This document shows positions 43,170 through 45,138 of a stretch of DNA of 45,138 bases, piece by piece. This DNA is from Porphyridium purpureum (Eukaryota): assembly GCA_008690995.1 (NCBI GenBank), contig VRMN01000006.1, positions 930,001 through 975,138 of the forward strand. Reading direction: 5' to 3'. The notes under the pieces were generated by a model. The model ran no database searches. It was not told the DNA's origin and saw only the letters and a list, made by a program, of their open reading frames with translations. The position numbers and the translations under genes were made by a program. Within the stretch, counting starts at the first letter, position 1. The number at the start of each line of letters is the position of its first letter.

Positions 43170-44701
43170 TAGCGATTCGGAGTCCAACAGTAGTGGCTCG
43201 GAGAGTCACTAGAAGGATCAGTTTAACGCCAAGCTATTGAAAGTGAACCTGCAACAGTTGAAAAGACTGGAAACGTGAACGAGAAGTAAAGGATTAAGTA
43301 TTCCTTTGCAGAAATCACGTTCTTTGGGCCTGGAGCGCCTTCCGGGCCGAATGACATCGCGTGCAATGGTCAGTCTCTATTCCTTTAAATGTGTGTGCAT
43401 CAGTCACATCTGTCATCGGGTCCATGATTGAATGCCTGGTCCGATCTATGCTGTCGTTGAAGCTTTAATCTTTCCGATGTGTGGCCTCGTTTCCCATTCT
43501 GAGTTTCCCGCCAGTGCACCCAGGTCATCTGAAGAGCGGGTGCGGAAGCAAAACATGAAGGGAGAAAGATCACTTTCGTGCGAAAATGCCACACTGTGCT
43601 GCCTTGTCGAAACATCGACCAGCGCCGCGCATCACGATCTCGCGCCCGTCGCGCAAGAAATACATGGCACGAGTTCAGTTGGGTGTGTTCACCACATGGA
43701 AGCAGCTGACCAAGTTGCGCATTCGGCAAAGGGACGCCACACATGCATGCCGCAGCACACACACACACGCACACAGACGCATACAGCACGATCGTTCCGC
43801 CTGCTGAGAACCAACGACCTTGAACAACACAACCGCTGCTTCCCTCAGCCGCATTCACGTGAACGTGGCGTTATTTGTATGGGATCGATGTACAGTCACT
43901 GTACATACTCCACGAAATGTACACACGCGCGCAGACACTGTACGTGCCGCACGTGCCGCGGGTGCGTGGCACGTCGCGGAATCGCGGCGAGGCGAGCGCA
44001 CTTGTTGGCGTGCGCACAAGCGTGAGTCGCAGCGCGCGGAACGTCAACAGCACAACAGCGGTAAGGTGATGCCCACAATGACATGAATCACACACACACA
44101 TACATTTACACGCATGTAAGAGCCAAAGGACAGAGGAGAAATGCCAGAGATTTTCAAACTCGTGGCACGCGCTTGCACTGCGATGTGTACGCGAGCCGTA
44201 TTGGCTACAGAAAAAGCAGACGAAGGCGTGTGCAAACGAGCACGCGGCAAAAAAAATCCAGCAACGGAAAAATCTTCACGCTTACTCCTTGCGACACGTG
44301 GAACTGCGTGAATTGAGCACATTCCAGAGACGCCGGAAGCGTGACGACGCGTGCCGCCTGGTGCACGTGCGTATTGTGTGACGCTTTCGCTGTTGTTGTG
44401 GATTACGTGGCGCGCTTGGGAAAACAATGGTCATTGGTGTGAACAAGCTGCAGTCAGAGGATACTCAGAGCAGTGGAATGGATAGAACTCTGGCGGATAC
44501 CTGGGTTGGTTGCGTGGTAGTTGGCGGAAGGGGAAAGACTTGTTGGCACCGTGGGAATGGTTGACTGACGATCTTTCAGCCAAATGCGATGAATCTAACT
44601 GACGTATCTATCCGCAGTTTGTACTGTGGAACGTCCCAAGATCACGAGTGTCGTGGCGCAAGTTGCGACCGTCTGAAGCCTGCTTCGCGCCGCGCATCGG
44701 G

Positions 44702-44709
44702 TATATAAT
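44702..44709 (+). promoter_or_regulatory. Putative TATA box of the gene starting at 44914
   Basis: TATATAAT in a GC-rich context ~210 bp upstream of the ATG, followed by a purine-rich leader. Confidence 0.4.
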
Positions 44710-44913
44710 GGGGACTGCGCGCGTGGATTAGTGCAAAAAGTCGAAGAGTGCTGGGCACAGAGCAGAGTCGGCAAGGAGCAGAAGAAGAAGGACAAGAAGA
44801 AGAGAGAAGAAGGAGAATTCGGGCATACGCAGGAAGGGACAGAGCCCGTGGTACCGGGATTGAAGCAGCAAGAGAAGCAACAGTAGAGGCTCCAGATGCA
44901 TTCGCTTGACAGA

Positions 44914-45138
44914 ATGGACAATTGCAAGCGTCGTGCAATGGCTTCGTGGTTGCTCCTCCTTTGTGTACTGCATGTCCTCGTCCGACGCACGCAGGCCCTG
45001 TCGAATGCAGGTATTGTTTACGCCATTGAGCGCGACAACGTGCAAAAGAATATTTTTGCGCTGGACTTTTCCGCCGGTGTAGGTATGGAGCAGACTACCA
45101 CCCTGGTCGCAAACATGACAAAGGCCGCCGCCGATGAT
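44914..45138 (+). CDS. 5' part of a tandem paralog of the 41561 secreted protein (runs off the window)
   Basis: MDNCKRRAMASWLLLLCVLHVLVRRTQALSNAGIVYAIERDNVQKNIFALDFSAGVGMEQTTTLVANMTKAAADD aligns without gaps to MDTRKQGVLASGLLLPCVLHVFVGSTQTQASAGIVYGIEHDIAEKNIFALDFFAGLGIEPSITLVANVTTAAAED. Confidence 0.85.
   Translation, partial: MDNCKRRAMASWLLLLCVLHVLVRRTQALSNAGIVYAIERDNVQKNIFALDFSAGVGMEQTTTLVANMTKAAADD

Larger units (their letters stand above)
41561..43212 (+). pseudogene. Disrupted secreted protein: beta-propeller-like domain, Pro-rich linker, Cys motifs and Ser/Arg-rich tail
   Basis: Signal peptide; blade-like motifs SPSGLAYDGDSLLYF, VTGAAFNPNT..Y.W, GGDIAIDATG.L.G, AFDADGRL, FADLAS. Stops at 41813 and 42117; frameshifts near 41985 and 42770. 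Confidence 0.65.

Overview
Eukaryotic nuclear DNA, GC-rich and apparently intron-less; a unicellular red alga such as Porphyridium is my inference from gene content and style, not demonstrated. Apparently intact genes: DDX10/DBP4 RNA helicase, TRAPPC9/Trs120, a GT61 glycosyltransferase, two tail-to-tail DUF4203/TMEM198-like membrane proteins, a sulfotransferase-like protein and a Cys-rich secreted protein. A PPR gene is split by one frameshift. Disrupted genes: a PPR paralog, a PARCEL/DUF285 surface protein and a tandem-duplicated secreted beta-propeller-like gene. Transposons: two Ty1/copia remnants, three DD34E Tc1/mariner elements from two families and a possible PIF/Harbinger relic. The most notable element is at ~17.05-18.5 kb on the minus strand: a near full-length but decayed Fanzor2 (IS607-TnpB-like, eukaryotic RNA-guided nuclease) gene. 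It can be rebuilt across frameshifts and is followed directly by a hairpin-rich candidate omegaRNA scaffold. The ORF track shows only fragments of it.
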